Of a stretch of 36,930 bases of DNA, positions 23,036 through 32,966 are shown one piece after another (within the stretch, counting starts at the first letter, position 1; every line of letters starts with the position of its first letter). The notes under the pieces were generated by a model. That model ran no database searches. It was given only the letters and a program-made list of their open reading frames with translations, and was not told the DNA's origin. Location: positions 1 through 36,930 of IMG/VR virus record IMGVR_UViG_3300037461_000142; one strand, written 5' to 3'. The stretch comes from a virus. Lineage: Duplodnaviria; Caudoviricetes. The position numbers and the translations under genes were made by a program.

Positions 23036-23292
23036 ATCACACCATCGACGGGCTGCGCGCGCGTCTCTTCGCCGCCATCGACGGGCTGCGCGACGGCACG
23101 CTCGACATCGAGCGCGCGAAGACGATCAGCGACACCGCACAGGTCATCGTCAACAGCGCGAAGGTCGAGGTCGACTTCCTGCGCGCCACCGGTCGGCACG
23201 AGTCCAGGTTCGTCACTGGCGACGAAGAGAAGGCGCTGCCGCCACCCAACGGCGTGATCGCCATCCGCCGGCACCTGCTGAAGGACGACTGA
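23032..23292 (+). CDS. Hypothetical protein (type often following this HNH family)
   Basis: LRARLFAAIDGL...ERAKTI...IVNSAKVEVDF. Confidence 0.75.
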   Translation: MNHTIDGLRARLFAAIDGLRDGTLDIERAKTISDTAQVIVNSAKVEVDFLRATGRHESRFVTGDEEKALPPPNGVIAIRRHLLKDD

Positions 23293-23294
23293 GG

Positions 23295-24014
23295 ATGCCA
23301 TACACCTCAGGCAAGAAAGGCTCGCGCCTGATGGGGCTCGGATACTGCGACATCCTTGCGCGCATCCATCGCGGCGGTGCGTCATGGATCGATGTAGCCG
23401 CAGAGGTTGGATGCGCGAGGATGTCAGCGCAGTCAATCCTGTACGGCATGGAGCAGCTTCGCCTCATCCACGTCGCCGAATGGCGCCGCGTGCCGCGCGG
23501 CAAGCACTGGACGCAAGCTGTGCGGGTGTATGCACTGGGCCCAGGCGATCCCGCGCCATGGCCAGGCCAAGGGGCTCCGAAGGCCAGGAAGTGGAAACGT
23601 CCTGCCGCCGAGCTTGTCGCATTCGCGTCTTTGGTGCGTGCGCTCGAATTCCAGCCGCTACACAAGGGGGCTGCAGCCGCAGAAACCGGGATGTCTCGGC
23701 GGTCCGCGCAGCAGATCGTCAGCAAGATGCACAAGCTCAGATTGGTGCGCATCGCCGAGTACGACCTCATGCCTGGCGGCGGGTATGGCTACCCGATGTT
23801 TCAGTGGGACCCTGGAGGCGGCAAGCCGGACGCCAAGAAGCCGAAGGCGATGACCAAACGGCAGTGCTGGGACAAACACAACGCCCAGCGCAAAGCGCGC
23901 GACGCTCAGGCGAAACTGATGCGTCAGATGGTCCTTGGGCGGTCGCGGAGGCCGGCTCAAGAAGCAAAGAGGAACAACGCATGGACATCACAAGAGAGCG
24001 CATCGAGCGCTTGA
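23295..24014 (+). CDS. Tandem winged-helix DNA-binding protein
   Basis: Two internal repeats of AAE.G..R.SAQ.I...M..LRL..[VI]AE. Confidence 0.65.
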   Translation: MPYTSGKKGSRLMGLGYCDILARIHRGGASWIDVAAEVGCARMSAQSILYGMEQLRLIHVAEWRRVPRGKHWTQAVRVYALGPGDPAPWPGQGAPKARKWKRPAAELVAFASLVRALEFQPLHKGAAAAETGMSRRSAQQIVSKMHKLRLVRIAEYDLMPGGGYGYPMFQWDPGGGKPDAKKPKAMTKRQCWDKHNAQRKARDAQAKLMRQMVLGRSRRPAQEAKRNNAWTSQESASSA

Positions 24015-24469
24015 TGAAGCGCTGCCAGGTCGGCGTCGGCGGCAGACATGCGCTCGACGATGCGCACGACATCCTCGCCGAGTGCTACGGCGCGCTTGGC
24101 GCGATGATGATTGAGATCGAGCGGCTGCAGTCCGAACTGGCAATCTGCCGCGACGCCATCGAAGTGTGCTACGACGTGGTCAGCGACTGGAAGCCAGACG
24201 ATGACGGCGATAACGCCGTGCGCCGGACGACTATGCGCCGGCTCAACGAGGCAGTCTGCAAAGCGACACCGAGGCTGCTGTATGAGAGGCCAGAGGGGCA
24301 ACAACTGTATGGGCTGCACTACCGCGAGCAGCGCGACGAGATACAGCGACTGCGGCTGCAGGTGGAGCACATGCGCGAGACTGCATCGCGGAGCGTGAGC
24401 GCGGCGCTGTACGAAGCGCATGTGGCAGAACTCAAGGGCGCGCTTGATCTAGCGGAGAAGCGCGCATGA
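23981..24469 (+). CDS. Hypothetical protein
   Basis: GAGG RBS; MDITRERIERLMKRCQ... Confidence 0.65.
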   Translation: MDITRERIERLMKRCQVGVGGRHALDDAHDILAECYGALGAMMIEIERLQSELAICRDAIEVCYDVVSDWKPDDDGDNAVRRTTMRRLNEAVCKATPRLLYERPEGQQLYGLHYREQRDEIQRLRLQVEHMRETASRSVSAALYEAHVAELKGALDLAEKRA

Positions 24470-24672
24470 AAAGCGCGTTTGGCGAGTGGTTTGAGGCGCA
24501 GCACGGAAAACGTGTCAACGAGCTGCCAGACTCGTCAGACGATCAGTTGCGCTCCCTGATCAAACTGTGTGAGGCCGCTGGCCGAGAGCTGGCATACCGC
24601 AAGCTATGGGACCGGCAACGCACATCTGCGCTGTACGCATGGAAGGCTCGCGAGAGGACGCCTGACGCATGA
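24466..24672 (+). CDS. Hypothetical protein
   Basis: ATGA coupling; GGAG RBS. Confidence 0.65.
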   Translation: MKSAFGEWFEAQHGKRVNELPDSSDDQLRSLIKLCEAAGRELAYRKLWDRQRTSALYAWKARERTPDA

Positions 24673-25120
24673 TCACCGCCAAGGCTGCCGCCGCGGCGAG
24701 GTGCTTGCGCTCCGCCCGTCCATGATCGGACGCGACACGATCACGCTGCCGGCCGGCGCGGTGAAGACGCAGCGCACGCGCACCGTGCCGATCATCGCCC
24801 CGCTGCGCCCCTGGATGCGGCATGTGGGGCCCGACGGCCTGGGCATCACCGCCGAGGGCCTGAAGACCGGATTCCGCCGCGCGCGCGAGGCTGCCGGCAT
24901 GCCGCACGTCACCTTCCACGACCTGCGCCGCAGCTGCGGCACGCTCCTCGTGCAGCGCGGCGTGCCGTTGCAGGTCGTGTCCCGCATCCTCGGGCACACC
25001 AGCACGGCAGTGACCGAGCGGGTCTACGCGCACCTCGACGTGCGCCAACTCAAGGAAGGGCTCGACGTGCTGTCCGATCTACACCGGCGTTTACACCGGG
25101 CCCGGAAGCCGCGCCCGTAG
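24669..25120 (+). pseudogene. int: 5'-truncated tyrosine integrase joined out of frame to a probable excisionase start
   Basis: Catalytic R (GCRRGE), K (VKT), HDLRR, LGH and Y are present from 24683. There is no arm-binding or core-binding domain. The coupled ATG at 24669 reads MITAKAAAA in another frame. Confidence 0.82.
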
Positions 25121-25284
25121 TCGCGCGCAAGTCCTTGATTTCATTGGTGGGCGGTACTGGTTTCGAACCAGTGACCCCTGCCGTGTGAAGGCAGTCTGGC
25201 GGACAGCGGCTGCCGATCTTCCATAGGAAGATATGGCATGCAGGCCACGTCTGGCTGACGGTGGTTTACACCAATTCTTACACC
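25080..25284. other. attP with arm-type repeats and IHF site
   Basis: TACACC pairs 12 bp apart at 25080/25092 and 25267/25279; IHF consensus AATCAAGGACTTG on the minus strand at 25128-25140. Confidence 0.75.
25145..25195 (-). other. attP core: 3' half of tRNA-Val(CAC)
   Basis: ACTGCC-TTCACAC-GGCAG-GGGTC-ACTGG-TTCGAAA-CCAGT-ACCGCCC-A-CCA. The D-arm and 5' acceptor strand are absent, and it is adjacent to int. Confidence 0.9.
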
Positions 25285-25296
25285 ACCCCGTGGGAG

Positions 25297-27798
25297 TTAC
25301 CGTTTGATTTCTTCGACGCGCCAGATCAGACGATTCGCCGTTACGGTTCCCTCTAGGCGTTTGCCGTACATATTCCATGTGTATGATTGTCCGGCCGTCA
25401 CAGAGATATGGCCAGTGTATGTAACGGTACGCGTTGTTGTTACTGGATTAGATGCGCCATACGCCTTGAAGAATTCGTAGATTAGCTGGTCTCCGGTGTC
25501 TACCACGTTATCGCCGTCGAAGTCGATGTTTACCCACACCTCACACCATAAATAGTTTGTCTCAATGCTTGGTGTACCGCTCCACGCCAACTCTGCGGCG
25601 ATGGTTAACAGAACTGTACCGGTTGTCGCCGCGGTGAATGAAATGGTGTCGAGCAGATTCCATTTTGCGGTGTCATAACCTTGCGGGCCTGTGCCCGATG
25701 TGCCTGTAATACCCACCGAAGTCAGCGAATCCGCGTAAACGGCTGTCGCGGCGGCTGTTGCGAGCCCATTGGTAGACACAAGCGGCACATCTGCGACGAT
25801 TTCGGCCACCTGCTCTGACCAATCGCCGCGCACGTAAGGCACCAGCTGCACCGCGCGCACGCGCACCACATACGGGCGGCCGGCAAGGACGCCAGGGATT
25901 ACGGCTTGTATGCTTGCTCCTTGTTCCATCCAAGACTGCCAATCCTCGCCCAGGACGCAATATTGCACCTCGATCTGCCCGCCGGACAGGATGCTTGATG
26001 TTGCGGCCTGGTCCCACGTCACGACAAGCCGGGTGACGATGGAGCCGTCAGCCATGGCGGCCACGTTGCTGTCGACGGCCAGGCCAGTGATGTCCTCCAC
26101 GTCCCATGGCGCAGGCAGGTTGCTGTTGGGCGCCGGGTCGCGACCGGTGAGCTCGGCAAGCGGCTCGAACATAGCGTCGGTGATCTCTGCGAGCATCAGT
26201 CGCGCGCCCTCTGTCGGGTGCCAGCGCCAGCCCACCACCTCAAACGTCTTGGCCGTCATGCCGTACCGTGGAAGCGTGACCTCGAGGACATCGAACAACT
26301 CGCACCGGTAGCCGGCCAGGCCGCATTGCACCTCCATCCTCAACCCGGCCTGGCTCTGGCGGATCATGATGCTTGCTAGGTGCTGGGCGTGGGCGACGTG
26401 GTTCACGGCCAATAACTCGACCTCCTCCGGGTACTCGCCCTCTGCTGCGATCAGTACAGAGTCACGGATCGGCGGGAACGGCAGTACCTGGTAGCGCTGG
26501 TCGGGATCAACGCAGAGTCCGCTGATAGCGTTGCGCTTGGCTTCGCGCGGCACGCCGTTCGTGATGCGCACATCTGGCTCCGAACGACCACCGGATGACC
26601 GCCATATCCATCCCTGGTCCAGCGTGCCGACGGCTGCTGCCATCGTCGCGGCACGCATGCGTAGTTTGCCGCCGGCCCAGCCCCATTGCCCGCCCATCGA
26701 CTCGACGATCTCTGAGAACATCGCGCGCGGGTCCGCATCGGTGGGAACCACGATGGCGGCTCGGTGCCTTGGCAGCGTCACGATGTCGGTGCTTGTGTCC
26801 GGCAACCGAAGCGTGAAGTTGGTTGAGACATCGCATGCGTCAGCAGCTGCCTCCACGTCGTCCGTGTCGATCATGTCAACAGGCAAGCCTAGCCCGTTGA
26901 CGTGCCTGGCATAGTGATACGCCAGCAGCGCTGGATTCTGGCTCCATGCTGTAACTGAGGTGCGCGGGTCCAGGACCTTTGCGCCGCGCACCAGCGCGCT
27001 GATGCTGGGCGCGCCTGTGGTGAACACGTCCTGATCGTAGAGCACGTCGACCACAGCCAGCGCAATGCCTCGGTAATGATCTGTGGATCGCATGTCGCCT
27101 GTGTACTCGGCGGACAGGTCAGTGCCGACGCTTTGGCTCGCCGTACCAAGGTACGGCCGGATGCGCATCAGGCTGGTGCCTGCTGTGTACTGGTAGGTCA
27201 GTCCGTATGTCGCACCAGATGGCCCGCCGCTCAGCGTAGCCGTGCTGCCTACGACGGAGACCGTGAGCGCGCCGTGGTCTGAGCTATCGCCAGAGCCAGT
27301 CGACCATGATGCCAACACGGAGCCGACAGGGGTGTAGGTGAGCGACACGCTGGCCCCGCCACTTCCGTCGAGGTTGCCGACCTGGACCCAGCTCTCGGTG
27401 CGCGCTTTGTACCACGGCGCGGTCTGTACCCACCCATTGCTGTCGAGCGTCAGCGCGGTGTCGTCGGCGTACCAGGTTTCGTAGGCGTCGATCTCGTGGC
27501 CGGCGAACTCGAGCAGCATCGTGAGCCGCTCCTTGTTTGTGCCGGTGGAGAATGGCCTGCGCAGTGCATTGCCTGCAAGTCGGCATCGCCCCAGGACGAT
27601 TCGACGCGCCGTGTTGGGTGACGCATCGAGCATCACCAGGCGGTCTTTCAGCGATGCGTTGTAGGCTGCTCGCTCTCTGGCATTGCGCTTGTCTCGCTTG
27701 ATCCGTTGGGACTCGGACATCAATTGGGCGGCGGCGAACTGGAAGCCTCCAATCAAGAACGCGCCAGCAACGCGGAGCAGTGAACCAATGCGCGACAC
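25297..27798 (-). CDS. Tail tip / host-specificity protein (gpJ-like) with FN3-like and variable C-terminal domains
   Basis: RRIVLGR, VRGAKVLDPR...WSQNPAL...Y, PYVVRVRAV. GTG start after the upstream stop; lower-GC 3' end. Confidence 0.88.
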   Translation of the reverse strand: MSRIGSLLRVAGAFLIGGFQFAAAQLMSESQRIKRDKRNARERAAYNASLKDRLVMLDASPNTARRIVLGRCRLAGNALRRPFSTGTNKERLTMLLEFAGHEIDAYETWYADDTALTLDSNGWVQTAPWYKARTESWVQVGNLDGSGGASVSLTYTPVGSVLASWSTGSGDSSDHGALTVSVVGSTATLSGGPSGATYGLTYQYTAGTSLMRIRPYLGTASQSVGTDLSAEYTGDMRSTDHYRGIALAVVDVLYDQDVFTTGAPSISALVRGAKVLDPRTSVTAWSQNPALLAYHYARHVNGLGLPVDMIDTDDVEAAADACDVSTNFTLRLPDTSTDIVTLPRHRAAIVVPTDADPRAMFSEIVESMGGQWGWAGGKLRMRAATMAAAVGTLDQGWIWRSSGGRSEPDVRITNGVPREAKRNAISGLCVDPDQRYQVLPFPPIRDSVLIAAEGEYPEEVELLAVNHVAHAQHLASIMIRQSQAGLRMEVQCGLAGYRCELFDVLEVTLPRYGMTAKTFEVVGWRWHPTEGARLMLAEITDAMFEPLAELTGRDPAPNSNLPAPWDVEDITGLAVDSNVAAMADGSIVTRLVVTWDQAATSSILSGGQIEVQYCVLGEDWQSWMEQGASIQAVIPGVLAGRPYVVRVRAVQLVPYVRGDWSEQVAEIVADVPLVSTNGLATAAATAVYADSLTSVGITGTSGTGPQGYDTAKWNLLDTISFTAATTGTVLLTIAAELAWSGTPSIETNYLWCEVWVNIDFDGDNVVDTGDQLIYEFFKAYGASNPVTTTRTVTYTGHISVTAGQSYTWNMYGKRLEGTVTANRLIWRVEEIKR

Positions 27799-27799
27799 G

Positions 27800-28372
27800 T
27801 CAGACCTTGAAGAAGCTGGCCGCCGGCCAGACGACGGGGCCACCGTCAGTGGCGGGATCGTAGTCGAGCCCCGTGTCGCCGGTGTGCATCGCAAGCTGCT
27901 CGGCGTTGGTGTAGCGTGCCGGTTTGGTGCGGTATGCCTGTGCCGAGCGGTCCTCGCACATGATGCCGATGACCGCCTCATCGCCGTCTTCGAGGCCCGG
28001 CACGTTGGCCGTGCAGACGCGCACCAGCTCGGCATGTTCCACCGCGCCCGTGGTCGGCTCGATCCAGGCGTCGTAGATGTAGACGGCCTTGCCCTCCACA
28101 GGCTCGGTCAGCACCAGCGCGAGCTGTGCTTCGGTCACTCCGGGCAGGGTGATGAGCACCGTGCCAGGGTCGGCGCCGGCCTGGTCCTCAATGGCATCGA
28201 CCGTCACACCCACAGGCTGCCACGTCTTGCTGTCCCATGTGATCGAATACCCAGCGTTGCTGAAGTACTGCGGCACCTCCAGGTCGATGCGCACCAGCTG
28301 CACCAGCACGCCCTGCTCGCCGGCCATGATGCGGGCCAGCAGCGCGAGTGCGCCAGCGGTCAGGGCGCGCAT
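27800..28372 (-). CDS. Minor tail / baseplate hub protein
   Basis: RYTNAEQ...H.GD.G motif; lies between the distal tail and tail tip genes. Confidence 0.75.
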   Translation of the reverse strand: MRALTAGALALLARIMAGEQGVLVQLVRIDLEVPQYFSNAGYSITWDSKTWQPVGVTVDAIEDQAGADPGTVLITLPGVTEAQLALVLTEPVEGKAVYIYDAWIEPTTGAVEHAELVRVCTANVPGLEDGDEAVIGIMCEDRSAQAYRTKPARYTNAEQLAMHTGDTGLDYDPATDGGPVVWPAASFFKV

Positions 28373-28375
28373 CGG

Positions 28376-28981
28376 CTACACCACCTCGAGCAGCTGCAGC
28401 TCGAACCCGTCCTGGTACCGGCCCGCACGGTAGGCCAAGTCGCCGGCTGACTCAAGCTGCCAGGTGCTGGTAGGCTTGTCCCACGTCACCGCGTCGTTCG
28501 CGGCGATGGCGGCGCGCAACGGCAGCGCCAGAGGCACGGTCATCAGGCCGCCTCCGGACTCCGTTGATCCAGCGTACGCCACCATGACGAGGCGGCCCCC
28601 GATGCCCAGCATGTCGCCGCCAACAAGCGTCGCGCCAGTCGCGCAACCCTTCAGTACTAGGCTGAGCGCGCCGGCTGCGGCATTGGCGTTGACCTGGGGC
28701 GATCCACGCAGCGTGCCGATGGGCGCCGGGCGGCCGAAGTGATGCATCTTCAGCCAGTCGGAGTTCTGCCACGCCGCGGAAAAGAACGCCTCGCGCCGGC
28801 CGGCGTCAGCGGCCGGGCATGGAGCGAACGAGACTGTCGCCGAGAGGCGATCCGCAAACAGGCTTACCGCGGTGCGCTGGCGGGTGTAGACAGCCTGCCA
28901 TGCACTGCGCGCCGGCCGCACGCCCAGCGAGAACGTGGCGGGGTCGAATGGGCGGGTGCTAGGCCAGTCAAGCGTTGCCAT
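28376..28981 (-). CDS. Distal tail protein
   Basis: Position, size and GTLRGSPQV...GDML...PLR..IAAN.AV.WD.P pattern. Confidence 0.72.
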   Translation of the reverse strand: MATLDWPSTRPFDPATFSLGVRPARSAWQAVYTRQRTAVSLFADRLSATVSFAPCPAADAGRREAFFSAAWQNSDWLKMHHFGRPAPIGTLRGSPQVNANAAAGALSLVLKGCATGATLVGGDMLGIGGRLVMVAYAGSTESGGGLMTVPLALPLRAAIAANDAVTWDKPTSTWQLESAGDLAYRAGRYQDGFELQLLEVV

Positions 28982-29019
28982 GTCTGCTACACCTCAAGCC
29001 ACCAGATCGGCAACAGCAG

Positions 29020-30789
29020 TCACTTTGCCGCCCATCCCGTCTCGTCAAAATTCGCCTCTTTGACGTAGAGAGTGTTTCCAGTCCCGCCCGCCGTATCGAG
29101 ATACAGGCTGCCAGGTGACGCCACTACACTCGGCGCCCCAGATCCGTAGTAGATGTCGAGACCGTTTGTGATCCTGATCCTGCGCCCAACGCCAGCATTT
29201 AGGTTGGCCACCTCTGCGCGGATGCCGGTCACACTGGCATCTAGCCCGTTGTCGAAGTAATTTTCCGCGAATATCAGGTTTGGGGTTCCTAGTACCTGCA
29301 CGCCGACAGATGATTCGGACGCAATTTTGCCGGTGTAGTTGCCGGTTACGATTACGGGTTGTCCAGACGACGCAGATATTGCGAGCGAGTATGTTGACGC
29401 CCCAATTACTGTGTTGCCACAGATACGATACGCGCCTGTGCCAGATCCTGTCGCAATCCCAGATGTCTGCGAGTCGCCTGCATCGCTAAAGTAAATCGAG
29501 TTGCCTTGAATGTTTATGGAACCGAACGAGCCGGCCGGGGAGCCCCCGAATGTTGACATACGGATACGGGAGTTGTTGATCACATTGCCGACAATGTTGA
29601 TTCGATCCGTTACCCAGTCGGTATTGCCGCCGGCGCTGAATCCTTGACGCGTGATGAAGATCCCTTCCCTGGCGGTACTGCTGTCAGGCAACGTTTTTTC
29701 AACGATTGTCAGGTTGTTGCCGGTCACGGTAATATCGGCCGAATCATCGATAAACACGCCCCGGCCGCAGTCAATTGCTGTGTTTCCGCTGATCGCAATG
29801 CGGCGCGCTCCATTCTCTGTCTGAATCGCCCCGTAGTGGCAGTCCTTCAGCACGTTTGCACTTACCGTACCGTCTTGGCAGCCCAGAATGTTGATGCCGC
29901 TAGAACCTTTCGCTCCTTCTCCATAGTTGCCAATTACACGCAGCCGACGAATTGCTCCAGGAAAGCGCGAATAAAAGTTGTAGCCACCCGACGTTGTTGA
30001 CGCGGCCGCCGCCACAAATCTGCAGCCGTTTACCAGAACGCCATCAATGGCGAGCGTCTCAGTTGCCTCCAACGTGGCAACCGAGACGGCGTAAAACTGG
30101 TCGTTGAACGTGCAATTTGTCACTTGCACGTTCTCCATGGGCACAGCATCAGGGTCCAGGCCGTCGCCGCACCCGACGGCGACGCTGCGCCACGAGTTTG
30201 ACCCGTTGTAGAGATTCTCGAACGTAACGCCGTCGATTGCCGTGTCCGATCCGATGACAGACACCATGACAAGGATGTCCGGGTCGACATCAGATCCGGC
30301 GTTACAGACTAACGTGCCGCCGCGCAGCTTTACGCCAGTCTTGAGCCGCAGCGCGATACGGTATCCGGTCGCGCCGTCTTCGACGGAGTCGACCAGGAAA
30401 CGTCCAGCGAGTGACACGACGCCTCCACCAGCGGCGTGTGCGTCGTCAATAGCGTCCTGAATCTGCGCCGTGCTGACCTGGGTCGCAGTTGGATCTGCCC
30501 CCCACTCTGTAGCGTACCGATCTTCATCATCTACTGGGTCCAGCATCACGATGTCGCGCACATAAGCGACAAACCCAGCGGCGAAAATCGTCAGCGTGTA
30601 CCTGCCATTTGAGGCGAAGAACCCATAGCGCCCAGCGGCGTCTGTGGTCAGCACGTTGCCCGAGATCGGGTCGCTACCATTGCTGGCGTAAAGCGTCGCC
30701 TGCGCGCCTGCCGCCGTGGTGACGACCACGGTGGCGCCGACGATCGCGTCGCCGTTCGTGCTGATGACTGCGTCCTGGAACTTCTGCAT
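29020..30789 (-). CDS. Tailspike with right-handed beta-helix (putative polysaccharide depolymerase)
   Basis: N-terminal anchor (LTTDAAGRYGFFA.NGRY), WGADPT...IQDAID...GGGVV pectate-lyase-3-like start, and many I.GN repeats. Confidence 0.85.
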   Translation of the reverse strand: MQKFQDAVISTNGDAIVGATVVVTTAAGAQATLYASNGSDPISGNVLTTDAAGRYGFFASNGRYTLTIFAAGFVAYVRDIVMLDPVDDEDRYATEWGADPTATQVSTAQIQDAIDDAHAAGGGVVSLAGRFLVDSVEDGATGYRIALRLKTGVKLRGGTLVCNAGSDVDPDILVMVSVIGSDTAIDGVTFENLYNGSNSWRSVAVGCGDGLDPDAVPMENVQVTNCTFNDQFYAVSVATLEATETLAIDGVLVNGCRFVAAAASTTSGGYNFYSRFPGAIRRLRVIGNYGEGAKGSSGINILGCQDGTVSANVLKDCHYGAIQTENGARRIAISGNTAIDCGRGVFIDDSADITVTGNNLTIVEKTLPDSSTAREGIFITRQGFSAGGNTDWVTDRINIVGNVINNSRIRMSTFGGSPAGSFGSINIQGNSIYFSDAGDSQTSGIATGSGTGAYRICGNTVIGASTYSLAISASSGQPVIVTGNYTGKIASESSVGVQVLGTPNLIFAENYFDNGLDASVTGIRAEVANLNAGVGRRIRITNGLDIYYGSGAPSVVASPGSLYLDTAGGTGNTLYVKEANFDETGWAAK

Positions 30790-30793
30790 GGCG

Positions 30794-32620
30794 TCAGGCC
30801 TGAAAGCGGCGCGCGAACTGGTACTGCTGGCGCGAAAGCATGGCCTCTAGCTCTTGCACGCCCATGGCGCCGTTGACGTTGATGACGGGCGCGAAGTTGA
30901 CGGTGCGGCCACCTGCCGCGCCTCCAGCGTCGGGGTTGTAGCGGGCGGGCACGATGGCCTCCCCTCGGTGCACCTTGACGATCATGTCGCGCGGAACGTA
31001 GTTGGTTCCGGTAGCCATGCCGCCGCGGGTGGGCAGGCCGATAAGGCCATCCGTGCGGCCGGCCCCCATGCCGAGGCCAGACGAGTCGACCGACATGCCG
31101 CCGCCAACGATGCCGCCAACCAGGCCGATCAGACCGCCGAGCAGGCCACCGCCGCCGCCTTCCTTGCCGACGAGCGTCGTCGTGAGAGCATCTGCAACGC
31201 TGTCGGTGAGCTGCGAGTAGACCGCAGCCCCCAGCGCACGCGCGAACGCCTTGGCCGGGTCCTTGCTGTCTCGCAGCGCTGCTCTGAGCGCGTTGCGCGT
31301 GTCGTTGTAGAGCGCGTCGCGGAACCCGCCTTCGCCGCGCTCGCCGCGCGAAAGCTCCCGCAGCTCGCGCAGGCGCAACCGTTCATCGCGCCGGTCCTGC
31401 GCGTTGACCTGGTCGACGATGAAGTCGCCCAGCGGGTCCTTCTTCCACTCCTTGAGCATGCGCTCGTATTCGTCGACGTGCGCGTCGAAAAGCCGACTGG
31501 ATGCGGCAGGGGCGGCACGGTCTCTACCACGTCGCGGGCTACGTTCTCGCTCGCGCTCGCGTTCTTCTGCGATCTCGCGCCGGTTGATCGACGCGCTGCG
31601 GCTTTGAGCGTCGGCCGCCTGGTTCTCGAGCCGCAGCTGTTCCTTCAGCAGCTGCACGCGCTGCTCGGCGGCTTCGCGTGCGCGGCCGGTCAGCGGCAGC
31701 GAATTCAGCCGCTCCATGGCGATGTCGAGCTGCTGGCGCGTCGTCGACGGGCGCCCGATCGACAGCATCGCGTCCCACGCTCCGCTGGCCGCGCGACGCA
31801 CGCTGTCCCATGCTGACTCCAGCAGTCCGAGCTCGCGCCGCTGGCCCTCCAGCCTGGCCGTGAGACGCTCGTTGACGAACATCACGGCCTTCTCAGCCTC
31901 GCCCTGCTCCTCGAGGCGCCGGATGTACTTGTACTGCTCGACGCTGATGAAGTTCCACGCCTTGTTGTGCTGCGCGGCCCAATCGGCAACCCCTGATGTC
32001 ATCCGCGCGAAGTCCTTGGCCACTGTGTCGGCGGATTGCCCGCTGACATCTGCCACTCGAGCCACGGCCGTCGCCATGGACCCAAGCACCTCGGAGCTCA
32101 CCTCTCCGGTCTTGGCCAGCGCCAGAACGATGTCGCGGCTTGCGCCCACGGTCTGTTGGCTGTTCTCTGACACGCTGATGCTCAGGGCCTCGAGCCGGCC
32201 GGCGGTGAGCCCGGCGGCGTTGCCCGTGAGCGCGATCGTGTCGCGCAGCGCGGCGCCCTCCTTGGCAGCCTGCCAGGCTGCCGCACCGAAGGTGCCGACC
32301 ACGGCCGCCACCGCGCCCACCGCAATGGTGACCGGGTTGATGGCCGAACCGATGCCGCGGATGGCCTCGCCCACTCCGCCGAACTGGTCCTTGATCTGGC
32401 CGCCCTGCTGCAGCAAGATCATCAGCGGGTTCTGGCCGCCAGCCAGCTGCGTGGCGATGTCGGTCAGCTGCGCTGGCAGCATGCGCATCGCCGCCGCGGT
32501 CTGCCGCGCGCTCGTCTCGCCTGCCTGGCCGATCTTGGCCAGCGACTGGGCCGCCTGCTGGCTCTTGGCCTGCAGGTCGGCTCCATCGAGGCGCAGGACG
32601 ACGACGGCCTCTTCTCTCAC
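30794..32620 (-). CDS. Tail tape measure protein
   Basis: LPAQLTDIATQLAGGQNPLMILLQQGGQIKD (lambda-type TMP N-domain); C-terminal ATGTNYVP...VHRGEAIVP. Confidence 0.93.
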   Translation of the reverse strand: MREEAVVVLRLDGADLQAKSQQAAQSLAKIGQAGETSARQTAAAMRMLPAQLTDIATQLAGGQNPLMILLQQGGQIKDQFGGVGEAIRGIGSAINPVTIAVGAVAAVVGTFGAAAWQAAKEGAALRDTIALTGNAAGLTAGRLEALSISVSENSQQTVGASRDIVLALAKTGEVSSEVLGSMATAVARVADVSGQSADTVAKDFARMTSGVADWAAQHNKAWNFISVEQYKYIRRLEEQGEAEKAVMFVNERLTARLEGQRRELGLLESAWDSVRRAASGAWDAMLSIGRPSTTRQQLDIAMERLNSLPLTGRAREAAEQRVQLLKEQLRLENQAADAQSRSASINRREIAEERERERERSPRRGRDRAAPAASSRLFDAHVDEYERMLKEWKKDPLGDFIVDQVNAQDRRDERLRLRELRELSRGERGEGGFRDALYNDTRNALRAALRDSKDPAKAFARALGAAVYSQLTDSVADALTTTLVGKEGGGGGLLGGLIGLVGGIVGGGMSVDSSGLGMGAGRTDGLIGLPTRGGMATGTNYVPRDMIVKVHRGEAIVPARYNPDAGGAAGGRTVNFAPVINVNGAMGVQELEAMLSRQQYQFARRFQA

Positions 32621-32639
32621 CGCGTGTCTCCTGAGCCGG

Positions 32640-32966
32640 CTACGTGCGCTCGCGCATCAGGCGCAGCGCCTCGGCTTCCATCAACCGCAGGTGGTCGAAT
32701 GCCAGTTGCGCACGCCGGCCGCGAATGCCGAGCCGCCGCTCCACCACCGGCAGTGCCGAATAGTCCAGCCCGGTGGGGCCAGACATGTCGCGGCGCCACT
32801 GCGTCTGCATGGCGCCGAACAGGCGCACCGCAGGCCAGTGATCGGCCCACACCTCGAGCAGCTGCGGCTCGTGCCCGCCCTCGATCACCAGCCCGAAGGC
32901 GGCTGCGGCGCGCTGAATCTCGGCTGCGTCGGGCGGTACGTCGAGCACCGCCCGCGCAGCCGCCAT
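32640..32966 (-). CDS. Tail assembly chaperone, frameshift extension (DUF1799-like)
   Basis: VWADHWPAVRLF..MQTQWR...TGLDYSAL...LRLMEAEAL. Confidence 0.85.
   Translation of the reverse strand: MAAARAVLDVPPDAAEIQRAAAAFGLVIEGGHEPQLLEVWADHWPAVRLFGAMQTQWRRDMSGPTGLDYSALPVVERRLGIRGRRAQLAFDHLRLMEAEALRLMRERT

Noticed and set aside
24569-24682. ORF-track N-terminus of the 183-aa integrase ORF
   Set aside because: It overlaps gene 24466-24672 out of frame and shows no integrase similarity before GCRRGE.
25145-25195. Second functional tRNA gene
   Set aside because: It lacks the 5' acceptor strand and D-arm, and is better explained as the attP core.
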